Source of the DNA: a virus
Taxonomy: Duplodnaviria > Caudoviricetes
DNA length: 55,532 nt
IMG/VR virus record: IMGVR_UViG_3300015241_000005
Coordinates: 1 to 55,532 of that record
Reading direction: 5' to 3' (one strand)
The notes under the pieces were generated by a model. That model was given only the letters and a program-made list of their open reading frames with translations, searched no databases and was not told where the DNA came from. Position numbers and translations under genes: made by a program. Below, piece by piece: positions 43,543 to 53,566 of the stretch (position 1 is its first letter; every line of letters begins with the position of its first letter).

Positions 43543-44721
43543 TTAATTGTAAGTTACATTTCTTAAATAAGGAATATTAGCCAGAGAAAAAGTAAATATA
43601 TTTATTGGTACCCCATTCACAGACATGGTAAAAGCTAAAAATGTATTTGAATTACCTATCGTATCATTAACCACCGACTGTAACCGTACCGCTGTCAATG
43701 CATTATTTTGATCTCGCGGTAAATCGGCGCCGGCTATATAAGGCCGAATAGCATAAAGATAAGTTTGCAAATTAGTTGATATAGCCGCAGTTATTGATGG
43801 GCTGGTAGTTTGTAATCCTGTAATTATAACATCAACCGGTATCGGATTAATAGGCAATACTTCCAAATTAGCCTGAATAGGTAAACGCGCTCTTCCGATT
43901 GTTGGTACCGTCGTATCTGGATTAAAACGGATAACTGCGTCAACGTCGGTTAATAAACCCGCTGACGGCGTACCGTGGCCGTCTGTACTGTCCGCTGTAA
44001 CAGCCTCTACATAAACTTGTACCGTTCCGGCTTCCCCGTTTTTAACATAAGGAAAAACCCGGCGTACCCCATTAGCATCAGAACTCCATAACATATAATC
44101 TGTTTTAGAACCGCCCTGGGGTTGTAACCTGATCGCATTTAATATAGCTTGCCGGTAAACCTCTGTGGGCTCAGCATCAACCGGAGACTGCGTAACATCT
44201 GTAATCGTGATGCTGCTATTTACCCCGAGTATCGGAGCTGTAGGGGTTAGCGTATCTCCTATGTTTAATAGGTAAACCAAGCCATTGTTTAATGATCGAA
44301 TAGTAATGGCACCGGTACCAGCTGGCAACGTATAGGCGTTATCAATAATGAAAAGATTACCCGGCGCATTGCTGCCACCATCCGATAAGAAAGTAGTACC
44401 GGCATCAATAACGCTTCCGGCTATGCCCGTAACTTCGGCTAAGTAAATACCCTCTGTCGCAGGGAAAGGTTGTCTGTTTAAGTATATCTGTCCTTGGCGT
44501 TCTAACGTGCCGCCATTAACTGCGGTATCCGCTGTATCTGGAAACTGGTTATTTTGAATATCGTTGAGATACAGATATAGTAATTTCAACTGCGCAGCCA
44601 ATACAGAACTCATTGCATTAATAACAAATTTTATTAATGCAGATAAAATACCTAAACTGGTTTTAATATCCGTTACCAATTTGGTATAAAGCTGCTGTAT
44701 GGATGGGATAGGTTTGCTCAT
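43543..44721 (-). CDS. Baseplate J-like protein (Mu gp47)
   Basis: FPDTAD, DAEPTEVYR, PQGGSKTDY, GTVQVY. Confidence 0.9.
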   Translation of the reverse strand: MSKPIPSIQQLYTKLVTDIKTSLGILSALIKFVINAMSSVLAAQLKLLYLYLNDIQNNQFPDTADTAVNGGTLERQGQIYLNRQPFPATEGIYLAEVTGIAGSVIDAGTTFLSDGGSNAPGNLFIIDNAYTLPAGTGAITIRSLNNGLVYLLNIGDTLTPTAPILGVNSSITITDVTQSPVDAEPTEVYRQAILNAIRLQPQGGSKTDYMLWSSDANGVRRVFPYVKNGEAGTVQVYVEAVTADSTDGHGTPSAGLLTDVDAVIRFNPDTTVPTIGRARLPIQANLEVLPINPIPVDVIITGLQTTSPSITAAISTNLQTYLYAIRPYIAGADLPRDQNNALTAVRLQSVVNDTIGNSNTFLAFTMSVNGVPINIFTFSLANIPYLRNVTYN

Positions 44722-45194
44722 ATCGTTTGGTTACTGATTAATTCGCCCGAGGCATTGTTCCAAATAAAACTCACAGTTACATCTTGGTTATTAGGTTGCG
44801 TAAGCGTTGCTGTCAGTTGTATTTTATTAGTAGCTAAAATTACAACATTTGTAGTTATGTTGGCTATTGATTTTAAATATTGTAAATCAGCATCAAAAGC
44901 CCGTTGAATAGCTACTCTACCTGAGCTGTTAAGCACATTTTGTCGCAACGCTAATTCGGTTTGCGAGTTAAACTGGCTTCCCGGATCATTAGGGAAGAGC
45001 AATGGATTGGCCCACCAATCTTCGCGGATAGTTCCGGCTGGTTCATTTCCTAACGTAGAGGCTTCTATATTCCCCCCAAATGCCGCAAGATAAACCTGGT
45101 TATACAGATATTCAATTAAAGCAATATCATCGCTCTGCACCGCTAATTCACCGCCTGAGCCTGCTTCGTAAATAAGTATGTCTTGCGTTATCAT
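44718..45194 (-). CDS. Baseplate protein (Mu gp46-like)
   Basis: WWAN...DLQYL pattern; precedes the gp47-like gene. Confidence 0.75.
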   Translation of the reverse strand: MITQDILIYEAGSGGELAVQSDDIALIEYLYNQVYLAAFGGNIEASTLGNEPAGTIREDWWANPLLFPNDPGSQFNSQTELALRQNVLNSSGRVAIQRAFDADLQYLKSIANITTNVVILATNKIQLTATLTQPNNQDVTVSFIWNNASGELISNQTI

Positions 45195-47074
45195 TGTTTC
45201 CCTGTTGTTGAGCCTTGGTGAAGCGATACTGGTATATGTGCCGGTGTTATTGTTTTTGAATTATCAATATGTCCGCCTGGATCATTGATGTGCAAATCGA
45301 TACGATTATTCGTCTTAGTTGTATCTGATTTAAGTGTAGCATCTTTTTCCGTTAACTGCGGATAAGTTTTAGCGTCTGGATTAGCCCCATACATTTTCGC
45401 AAAGCGAGTAGCCAGTGCGTTATCCGAATAATCAACTCCTGGAATATATTTTTTTTGATCAGCTACCCATTTTTCATAGGCCTTTTCTTCTTTCATATCC
45501 CCAACTCCGCCATTAAAAAATGGAGTTTTATTTGAATCACCACCATAGTGGTGTTGGCCAGCCTCGTATTCTTTAAATGCTCCCCATAATGACCATCCTG
45601 CCATAGCTGCTAATGCCGCTGGAATCACAAAAGTAGCTAAGGTCGCAAAGAATCCAGAAGCTGCGGTTTCGGCTAATGCAAACTCGGCTGTAACACCAGA
45701 AAGCGCACCCCCAAAACCCGTTACGGTAACAGCTTCGGTAGCTAAAGAAGTCGTGGCCACCGCAGCACTTTCAGCAAGCATTAGTTGATATCCGGCCCAT
45801 AATTTCATAACCGATGCTATCCCGGATACCGCAAACGCTAAAGGCGCTATGATTACCAATAAAGAACCAATCGCGCCTACCGTTAATAAAATAACCTTAG
45901 CTAATGTTGGATTATTATCTATCCATTTACCAAACCATTCGACTACGGGCTGTAACATTTTAGCGAGATTTACCAACACCGGCAATAGCGCTGCGCCTAC
46001 TTTTATGCCGAAATATTCCATCTCGTTTTTTAAAAGCTGTGATTGCGCTTTCATGGTATTAAGTTTATCTGCATATGCAGCCGCAAGATCAATTTCACTA
46101 TTTGCCATCCCCGCAAGATTGTTATTATAGGCTGCTTTACCGTTGCCGGTTAGCGAAATAACCGCAGCGAACGCTTGTACTTTACCCCACGCCTTAGCTA
46201 AGTTAACCCCGCGTTTTGTGCCCATATCCTCTACGGCTTTCATGGCATTTCCGAGATTTCCAAATTTGATAATCAATTCTCTTACATCCTTAACTCCCAA
46301 TTCGTGAAACAAATATTTCATACGGGTAGTTGGTTTTTCTAAAGCAAATACCGATGATCTCACCTGATTCATAGCTTGCGAGGCTGGTTCGCCCATTACC
46401 GTCATAGCTGCAGTGGCCGCTAAAAAGTCATTCAATTTTACACCCCCTGCATGTACCACATTAGCTGTTGCGCCAAAGGACTCCGACATTCCATCGATAG
46501 TTGTCTTACCAAGACGTACGGTTTCGAAAAGCATTGATGCAATCTTATTGGTGCTTAACCCTTCATCCCGGAAAACATTGATAGCACTGGTAAGCGCATC
46601 AGCTGCCTGGGTGGCTGTTCCGCGACCTGCTGTACCTAATATCGCGGATTTATTTAAAACATCCAAAGCCTGAGCTGCCGGGACGCCTGCGGATCTTATC
46701 TTATAAAGTGCATCGGTTAAATCGTGCAAAGGCATCGGAACTTTTACGAATACGTCCAACACTTCTTTACCCATCGATACCATACTTTCTTTAGTAGTAT
46801 CAACCAAAGTAGCAACAGTAGCCATCTGATCTTCAAAATCAATGGCCTCCTGCACCGCGCGATGTAGCGGAATCATGATAGCTGCGCCCATAACCCCGGC
46901 GGCTATTCCTATCTGAGAAGCGTTTGTTTGGATATTCTGCATACTGCGGGACATTGCAGCATATTTTTTTTGAGTTTCAGTGGCAAACTTAGAAACATTG
47001 CCACCCATTTTTGATACTACAGAACTTAATCTGTCAACGGCAGTAAATATAGTGGGTACGGTTAATGCTGCCAT
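45191..47074 (-). CDS. Tape measure protein (TP901-type core)
   Basis: Ala-rich helical protein with AIDFEDQM and GKTTIDGM-type core plus hydrophobic segments; follows the chaperone gene. Confidence 0.9.
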   Translation of the reverse strand: MAALTVPTIFTAVDRLSSVVSKMGGNVSKFATETQKKYAAMSRSMQNIQTNASQIGIAAGVMGAAIMIPLHRAVQEAIDFEDQMATVATLVDTTKESMVSMGKEVLDVFVKVPMPLHDLTDALYKIRSAGVPAAQALDVLNKSAILGTAGRGTATQAADALTSAINVFRDEGLSTNKIASMLFETVRLGKTTIDGMSESFGATANVVHAGGVKLNDFLAATAAMTVMGEPASQAMNQVRSSVFALEKPTTRMKYLFHELGVKDVRELIIKFGNLGNAMKAVEDMGTKRGVNLAKAWGKVQAFAAVISLTGNGKAAYNNNLAGMANSEIDLAAAYADKLNTMKAQSQLLKNEMEYFGIKVGAALLPVLVNLAKMLQPVVEWFGKWIDNNPTLAKVILLTVGAIGSLLVIIAPLAFAVSGIASVMKLWAGYQLMLAESAAVATTSLATEAVTVTGFGGALSGVTAEFALAETAASGFFATLATFVIPAALAAMAGWSLWGAFKEYEAGQHHYGGDSNKTPFFNGGVGDMKEEKAYEKWVADQKKYIPGVDYSDNALATRFAKMYGANPDAKTYPQLTEKDATLKSDTTKTNNRIDLHINDPGGHIDNSKTITPAHIPVSLHQGSTTGKQ

Positions 47075-47267
47075 TATTTTTTATTTAACGCCTTGATGGC
47101 CTCCTGCTGTCTTTCTATTTCATTATACCAAAATATAATACCATGATAGTCTTTAGCATCAACAAACATACCTTCGATATACTGAGGCGATGCCCAACTA
47201 TAATTACTGCACAAAGGCAATATAGCATTGTCCAGGCTTGCAGCCTCGCCGGGACCTACTGAAAAAG
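47074..47267 (-). CDS. Frameshift extension of the tail assembly chaperone (gpGT-like)
   Basis: The -1 frame is open from GGGCTTTTTC to a TAA overlapping the TMP ATG: FSVGPGEAASLDNAILPLCSNYSWASPQYIEGM...FWYNEIERQQ. Confidence 0.7.
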
Positions 47268-47729
47268 CCCCACTACCTCATCGATAGTTTGAATATCTGT
47301 CTTACACTCGCTGATCTTATCCAATAAAGCTACCGAGCCTATGCCCGTATAATAAGTACTTAGGATATTAGCAAAACCAATCGGGTTTTTACCAATATCA
47401 AACCCCTTTGTTAGTTGGGCCAGTGTGCTTTTCGTGATACGGGTTTTAAAAACGATCTTCTCCGTATTGAAATTACCACCTTCACTTAACAAAGGTTTTT
47501 TCAAAGTTAAAACAGGCGCATCCAAATCGGATAGATCAAGTAGCCCGCGTTTAACCGCTTTAAGGATATTTCTAAAATCCTTTGGGATGTCCAAATACTG
47601 ATCAGATGCACGATCATCGGATATCACGATATCCTGATGATATTCAATAAAAGCCTTGATCTCGGGAATTGCGGCTTCTTCGGCTACTAAAAATTGTTCG
47701 CCTTGTACTTTTTCGATTTCTTTAGTCAT
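47256..47729 (-). CDS. Tail assembly chaperone
   Basis: Position between tube and TMP; slippery site at its 3' end. Confidence 0.75.
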   Translation of the reverse strand: MTKEIEKVQGEQFLVAEEAAIPEIKAFIEYHQDIVISDDRASDQYLDIPKDFRNILKAVKRGLLDLSDLDAPVLTLKKPLLSEGGNFNTEKIVFKTRITKSTLAQLTKGFDIGKNPIGFANILSTYYTGIGSVALLDKISECKTDIQTIDEVVGLFQ

Positions 47730-47747
47730 GAGGGTTTTTATTGGGTA

Positions 47748-48149
47748 TTATGATATTAATTCCAGCTGTCCGCTGCCTTGTACTTTTAAAGGCATTGTGC
47801 CGGTATTACTGTCAAATTTAAGTTCACCTATAGGAGTTCCTAAGCCTTTATAGATAGCACCGGAAATCATCTCCCAGGTCCAGGTAGAAAGTTGAGGTTG
47901 GGCTGCGAGGGCTGCAGTTCCATCAAATTCATTCCCGCTAACCATATCTACGGCCACGGGGCCATCACAACTCCAGGGTTCTACCGATTTCACGATTATA
48001 GCCTGGCCGTTACCGGTCATGGTTATCTCATTACGGATACCGCCTTTATCCAAGTTAAATGATTCTTTGGCTTTTGGAGAAAACCTGAAAGATCCTAATA
48101 CAGGATCGGTACAGGTTATTGTTTTTACGTCACCGGCTATGAAACTCAT
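47748..48149 (-). CDS. Tail tube protein
   Basis: 133 aa, beta-rich, directly after the sheath. Confidence 0.8.
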   Translation of the reverse strand: MSFIAGDVKTITCTDPVLGSFRFSPKAKESFNLDKGGIRNEITMTGNGQAIIVKSVEPWSCDGPVAVDMVSGNEFDGTAALAAQPQLSTWTWEMISGAIYKGLGTPIGELKFDSNTGTMPLKVQGSGQLELIS

Positions 48150-48180
48150 CGTTTGATTTTTTAAGTTTTAAATATTTTTG

Positions 48181-50025
48181 TTAAAAACCAACAGTTACGG
48201 TAGTCGATTCTATTTCGCTCGTACCTGTACGTTTATAGCTAAAGGTAGTATTAAATCGATTAGGATTTACCGAATCAATTTCAACTGCCAATGATTTCTT
48301 ACTGAAAGCCGGATCGGTGATCAAACCTAAAATAGCCAGCGTATCGAAATAGGTGAAAAGAACCGCTTTCCAATCGGACGGCCTGATCACATCCTGCACT
48401 GAAGTATATTGCCCATCGGCGATAATAGTTTTATCGCGAAGCGTGCTTATCTCCAGCAAGGTGTACCCATATTTCACATTCCAATCAATGTTCAGGTACC
48501 TGGCCTCGTTAAATACCAAAGGTACTTCACCAGTAGGATGGTATGTGGTAACCAAATCCTGTACCTGATAAGCACCGTTTATTAATGTTACCGTGCTGCA
48601 GCCTTTTGTTTTTAAAAGATTACGATTTGTATAATTAGCGAGATCCCCGATCAAATTACTCGCTGGAGCTGTAATATCTGCGTATGAAAGTCCCGCTACC
48701 GTAAGATGCGGTGTTGATTGGGCTACTACAGCAAATAGCAAGCACATAGCTGCTGCCACCTCATAAGGCATATTGCCACTTGAAGGAGCCGGGCATAGTA
48801 TGTTGGTTACTTGGGCTATCCTGCCAACTGCATCCGTGATGGCTACTAAATCTGAAGCTACCGGATCTGTCGAACCGAAGAATGCCATAAAAGGCATAAA
48901 TACCATTGGCTGATATTGCCCGGTAGGGTTGATAGGATCAGGTACTCCGTTAAAAGCTTCCAAAGCAGCGACTTGCGCTACTCCATAGCTGTTAACAACC
49001 AGGGTGTACCATTTTGCCTGAAACTGTGTTAATGCAGTCGCTATTGATGGTGATCCGCTGCCTGCTGTAGTTGAAGTGTTGGTATAAGTCAAACCAATAG
49101 ATCCGCCATTAACATCTATTATTGCTGTTAGGTCTGCCGAAGTTAATCCAACCCATTTTGAAGTAAGTGTTAGTGTACCTACGGGATAAGTTCCTGGGGT
49201 ATTGGTGATAACCGCAGATGCACCGGTACCTGTCTGTACAACCGGTGTGGTCACGCCAACAGAAGTAGAAGTAAACACTACGGTATTTGAGGTCACAGTG
49301 CCTGTGGCAAAACCAGTTAAAGTTCCTGAGTAAGTTCCTGTGCCTGTTCCCGGGCCGGTAGCCGCACCATTAGCCAAACTGGCGAATGCTGACGCTAATT
49401 GAGCTTGCGTAGTCGTGCCTGTAGAGGTGTAGGTTAGCCCCCCAAGAGTAACTGTTTGCCCGGCTGTCAATGACGTAGCTGAAAAAGCAACGGATGAAGT
49501 GCCTGCAGTTCCAGAGGTACTCGATTGTGTTGCAACAACCGGCGACCCTAATACCGCATTGATCGCATTAAAATATTTAACTACAATAGTGTTACCGAAC
49601 TCGCCGGCAACGATATTTATAGCATAAGGCGCAAAATCAACAGATTCGCGACCAGCAATATTGATATAATGGGTTTTAGCAGTTGATGCTACTCCGGTAA
49701 TTGTCCAAACAATAACAGTTCCGGTTCCACCTGGCGCAGCTAATTGGGCCATTATCCAAACAGGGATACCTCCGATATTTGGAAACAACTGGCGAGCAAT
49801 AGCGTGTATGGGGCTTCCGTAACCATAGGTAGCACCAGCTTGCGCAGCAGATGTTATCTGGACTGGTGTGGTTACAATAGTGCTCTGATTAGCGGTATTC
49901 GCCTCTGCCAGTACAACTATTTGCTGTGGCAAATAGGGAGTAGCTGAGCTAAAGTTTCCCTTGTTTATCTGATATCCAGATGTACGGCTCACATCGTTTG
50001 ATGGCACTGCTGTCGAGATTCCCAT
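48181..50025 (-). CDS. Contractile tail sheath protein (Mu gpL-like)
   Basis: YGYGSPIH, DLVTTY and NPNRFN motifs; Thr/Gly-rich insertion. Confidence 0.9.
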   Translation of the reverse strand: MGISTAVPSNDVSRTSGYQINKGNFSSATPYLPQQIVVLAEANTANQSTIVTTPVQITSAAQAGATYGYGSPIHAIARQLFPNIGGIPVWIMAQLAAPGGTGTVIVWTITGVASTAKTHYINIAGRESVDFAPYAINIVAGEFGNTIVVKYFNAINAVLGSPVVATQSSTSGTAGTSSVAFSATSLTAGQTVTLGGLTYTSTGTTTQAQLASAFASLANGAATGPGTGTGTYSGTLTGFATGTVTSNTVVFTSTSVGVTTPVVQTGTGASAVITNTPGTYPVGTLTLTSKWVGLTSADLTAIIDVNGGSIGLTYTNTSTTAGSGSPSIATALTQFQAKWYTLVVNSYGVAQVAALEAFNGVPDPINPTGQYQPMVFMPFMAFFGSTDPVASDLVAITDAVGRIAQVTNILCPAPSSGNMPYEVAAAMCLLFAVVAQSTPHLTVAGLSYADITAPASNLIGDLANYTNRNLLKTKGCSTVTLINGAYQVQDLVTTYHPTGEVPLVFNEARYLNIDWNVKYGYTLLEISTLRDKTIIADGQYTSVQDVIRPSDWKAVLFTYFDTLAILGLITDPAFSKKSLAVEIDSVNPNRFNTTFSYKRTGTSEIESTTVTVGF

Positions 50026-50035
50026 TTTTAATATT

Positions 50036-50635
50036 TTAACTGTTTATAAAAACGTATTGATAACCTTTATCTGTTAATGCTATAGTAACAGAACTATTAT
50101 TTTCTTCTAAAGGTACCCCGGTCCATTCCTGGGCGGTTTCCTGAATCCTAACCGCGATTTGCAATTGCGCAAAACTGGTATATCCGGAATCCTCCTTTTT
50201 AGATTGAACTGCTTCACCTATGGTAAACTTCTCTACATAAGTACCGCCAACAAGACCTTTGAGCCCCAAATCCCGGTATTGCGCTGATCTGAATATATAA
50301 CCAACCATACCGATAAATTTTTGCAACCTGAAAGACGATTCTGCTGAATTTTTACCAGATGAGTAAAAATCAACTAAGTAAATAGTATTTCCTTCAGCTT
50401 CTGATTGCGTCATTTCACTATATGTTGCTCCTGATGTCATAACATTTATAGACATGTAATCAACATAATTCGCAGGTATCAAACTTTCCGATAGCACAAT
50501 TACGTCCTCTGGAAAAACTATATTTCCTTGCCTGGTTTTCTGAGCGGTAAGCTCAGTCAATATAATGGCCCCAATAGTATCTCGGCAAATCTCAAAGCCT
50601 TGTTTAGGTATGATACCCGCGAGTAGTGATGCCAT
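50036..50635 (-). CDS. Putative tail terminator/neck protein
   Basis: Position just before the sheath; size. Confidence 0.5.
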   Translation of the reverse strand: MASLLAGIIPKQGFEICRDTIGAIILTELTAQKTRQGNIVFPEDVIVLSESLIPANYVDYMSINVMTSGATYSEMTQSEAEGNTIYLVDFYSSGKNSAESSFRLQKFIGMVGYIFRSAQYRDLGLKGLVGGTYVEKFTIGEAVQSKKEDSGYTSFAQLQIAVRIQETAQEWTGVPLEENNSSVTIALTDKGYQYVFINS

Positions 50636-51027
50636 TATAGTTGTTTACCAAGTATTAAAACTACCAATCCTAATGTTGCATTCGGATGATCTTCTGTTAT
50701 TTCAAAGACTCCTGCCATCCCGGCAGTGTCTGATACTATCACTTTATGCCCTATCAAGCTTATTAAACCCCTGGTATTTTTATAAGGGTAAGCTCCGGCT
50801 ATTAATTGGCTTTCTGGTATGTCGAATGAATTTGAACTACTATTAACCGGTTTGTTATTCCGTAAATCCTCAAACACCATCCAGGTGCCGGTTCCTAAAC
50901 CTGTTATAGCAAGCGTGGTTGAATTATCCGGAGTAGATAGCGTTGCGGTAACGGAAAATCCGTTTATCGCATTGCCAGCTATACTCGCCGCTAATCCCCG
51001 CGCGTGCTGTAACAGTCCTCCTACCAT
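50635..51027 (-). CDS. Putative head-tail adaptor/closure protein
   Basis: Position and beta-barrel-like pattern. Confidence 0.5.
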   Translation of the reverse strand: MVGGLLQHARGLAASIAGNAINGFSVTATLSTPDNSTTLAITGLGTGTWMVFEDLRNNKPVNSSSNSFDIPESQLIAGAYPYKNTRGLISLIGHKVIVSDTAGMAGVFEITEDHPNATLGLVVLILGKQL

Positions 51028-51294
51028 TTAGATAAGCGGTTTCATTTTTTTCTCTTTGGCGGTTTCTACCTCTTCGGATGCTGACTCGCCTTCGCTATCA
51101 TCTACCTCTTCGACAGGTGCCTCAACCTTAGCTTTAGCATTTGTCTTAGTTTTCGGATCTTCATATGATTCAATATACCCCTCCTTAAGAGAAGCATTTG
51201 AATCTATTAGATCGGCATCTTCCAAAATATCTCCATAATTGGCTAACTGACCGTTAGCCTTTAGGATGCCTACTACTTTTACTTTATAACTCAT
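51028..51294 (-). CDS. Small protein after the capsid gene (gpFI-like position)
   Basis: 88 aa with a low-complexity charged tail. Confidence 0.5.
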   Translation of the reverse strand: MSYKVKVVGILKANGQLANYGDILEDADLIDSNASLKEGYIESYEDPKTKTNAKAKVEAPVEEVDDSEGESASEEVETAKEKKMKPLI

Positions 51295-51296
51295 GA

Positions 51297-52379
51297 TTAC
51301 TGGGTTTGAATTGTGTACAAACGGTCAACAGACTTCGGAATCGGAAGCGGGGCTGATTCGATATGAAATTCCCATGATTTTTTGATCGGGTCGATAATAT
51401 CATAAATCATGAACTCACCTTCCATTGGCGCGATGTATTGACCTGTGAAACTATTGCCCATAACTGTAGGCAATCCTGCAAATGTGGTATTACCCACAAA
51501 ATCCTGGGGTATTAAAATAACCAGGTTAGGATTTATATAATCAGTTTTAGTTCCGTTATCTGCTTCGTAAAAATCTACATAAGTCCAGATATTAAAGTTA
51601 AAATAACCTGCAGCTACGCGGCCATGGAATGCCATACCGGTAACTTCGTTCAATATCGGGCGACCGATATCAGCTAACCTGAATTGGCTGAATATCTGAC
51701 GTTCAGTTTGAACTTTGGTTGATAATGTGAAATTTGCGAATGCTGTTGCACCCATGATCACATCGATCTCGTTTCCACGGGAAAGACCTTGTTTTTTCAT
51801 GAAATCGCCACCAGCAGCAAGATCAGCAAGCGGGTCTGCCGTAGGAGTTGCACCGGTTAGATTAGCTGCTAACCAACGAGTACCGCCGGATAATACCGGC
51901 ATACTGCCTGCCTGGCGTTTGTAATCGATGCTATCACCGTTTACCATAGAAACGGTACCGGTCTGCAAAACAGAAGCACGGTATTGTTCGGTAGCACGAC
52001 GGATCTTATTTTTGCAATCTTCCAGATATTCAACTGTGGCATCGATCAACCCATTAGCCTGTGGGCCTACCGGAGCAACACCCATACCGAAAGTTACTTT
52101 GTAAATATCAGTAGCGGTGAAATTGAATGCCTCAGAGAAAAATGGATTTTTGAAAATCTTCTGAGTGTAATTGTTAAAGGTGTTCATGTTCGACTGAGTG
52201 CCGCGTAAAACATCTTTAGCAACAAGTAACCTGGCACGTTGCGCTTTATAGGTTACTTCAAAACCGGGATAGGTTAAGGCCGGGAAAAATGCAGAGAGGC
52301 CCATTGCTGGTTCCTTGCTGTCACTGAACGACTCGATAACCGATTGGGTTACGCCGTATGCTGCTTGGTTTAAATCCAT
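51297..52379 (-). CDS. Major capsid protein (lambda gpE family)
   Basis: 360 aa, C-terminal ESAPLPIP, DPLADL; gene order. Confidence 0.9.
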   Translation of the reverse strand: MDLNQAAYGVTQSVIESFSDSKEPAMGLSAFFPALTYPGFEVTYKAQRARLLVAKDVLRGTQSNMNTFNNYTQKIFKNPFFSEAFNFTATDIYKVTFGMGVAPVGPQANGLIDATVEYLEDCKNKIRRATEQYRASVLQTGTVSMVNGDSIDYKRQAGSMPVLSGGTRWLAANLTGATPTADPLADLAAGGDFMKKQGLSRGNEIDVIMGATAFANFTLSTKVQTERQIFSQFRLADIGRPILNEVTGMAFHGRVAAGYFNFNIWTYVDFYEADNGTKTDYINPNLVILIPQDFVGNTTFAGLPTVMGNSFTGQYIAPMEGEFMIYDIIDPIKKSWEFHIESAPLPIPKSVDRLYTIQTQ

Positions 52380-52381
52380 TT

Positions 52382-53143
52382 TTAGTTATCGATTTTTGTG
52401 TTGTCAATTCCGGTGCGATCCATTGTGAATCCTATCCCGTTTAATACATCCTGAAATGCCTTGTTACCTACTACCGTGTCAAAGGTGGTATTTGGCGACA
52501 AAATAATGTAGTTAGCATCAATATTGCCGTGAATTACCACGCTGATAGCTGAAGTTCCATTATTAGCCAAAACTACTGTTCCTTCTACGATAGTAAAACC
52601 GATCACATTCGCCAGATTACCTGTAGTATCGCTGGTTGGCACGGTACCTGAAGTACCGGTTGCTGTAGTCAGCGTAATATTTGGTGTTGCAGATGCAAAA
52701 TATTGACCCTCAGCATTGGTAGTAGTACCAATATAAGTTCTATAGCTTAAAGCTCCCGGTACCGCGGTACCTGCAACAGCTATACTTGATGTTGAACCGG
52801 TAGTAGTTACGCTTGCTTCAGCTGACCCGGTAGTTTCGCCATAGACTGTAAGTGCAGTTTGTTTAACAAAATAAGTGTTAGCTGCTAAAGTACCTCCTGT
52901 GGTCGAGCCGGTAAGTACCGGAAGCGCCGGAGCGCCAACAGGACCGAGTACCGGAATCACCTGATTAGGCGTGGTTGTATCGCGGGCAACAGGAATAGCT
53001 CCTGTTAAACTAAATGATAAACCAGTATTGTTTTTGAAAGTAGCCGGTATGAACCTGTTATCAAACAGGCAAAAGTGGCTTAACAGGAAATCAACGGTAA
53101 GCTGATTGCGTGTATTTGTGCGGGTAGTGATTTGTACTGCCAT
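52382..53143 (-). CDS. Head decoration protein with an inserted Ig/FN3-like domain
   Basis: Between protease and capsid; central Thr-rich insert (GGTLAANTYFVKQTA...GETTGS...SYRTYIGT). Confidence 0.7.
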   Translation of the reverse strand: MAVQITTRTNTRNQLTVDFLLSHFCLFDNRFIPATFKNNTGLSFSLTGAIPVARDTTTPNQVIPVLGPVGAPALPVLTGSTTGGTLAANTYFVKQTALTVYGETTGSAEASVTTTGSTSSIAVAGTAVPGALSYRTYIGTTTNAEGQYFASATPNITLTTATGTSGTVPTSDTTGNLANVIGFTIVEGTVVLANNGTSAISVVIHGNIDANYIILSPNTTFDTVVGNKAFQDVLNGIGFTMDRTGIDNTKIDN

Positions 53144-53146
53144 GGC

Positions 53147-53566
53147 TTAGTTTGCGTTAATTTTTGAGGCATTATACTTTTCAAGAGTGATGCCTTTTTT
53201 AACCAACGCCGGGAAGGTTAAAGAAAACTCTTTCTCATCTGCGATTTGTTTTGCTGTTTTTTCAACAGCGATTTCAGTTACGGCCTCTGCAGGTATGATA
53301 GCCCCTGTGCTGTCGCGTTTGATAGCTTCAAGGCTTGAACCTTTAGCAGCTTTAACTAAAAACTGAGCTTGTTCAGCAGAACTTACAGTTTTGCCAGAAG
53401 CAATGCCTTTTGTCACAGCTTCAGAATCAATTTCATGATAAGCCATCCAGGTATTAACGCGATCCTGCTCCGCTTCGATGCCTGCGGTAACGCCGGCTGT
53501 TCTGCCAGCAGCCAATATCTCGGCATGAACCGTTGGGTGCTGTGCTAATAATTCTGCTGCTGTCAT
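53147..53566 (-). CDS. Nested scaffold protein (Nu3-like) from an internal start
   Basis: In-frame ATG 53566 (MTAAELLAQHP) preceded by an A-rich leader encoding KQKNNFNPLNNNQNKA. Confidence 0.6.
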   Translation of the reverse strand: MTAAELLAQHPTVHAEILAAGRTAGVTAGIEAEQDRVNTWMAYHEIDSEAVTKGIASGKTVSSAEQAQFLVKAAKGSSLEAIKRDSTGAIIPAEAVTEIAVEKTAKQIADEKEFSLTFPALVKKGITLEKYNASKINAN

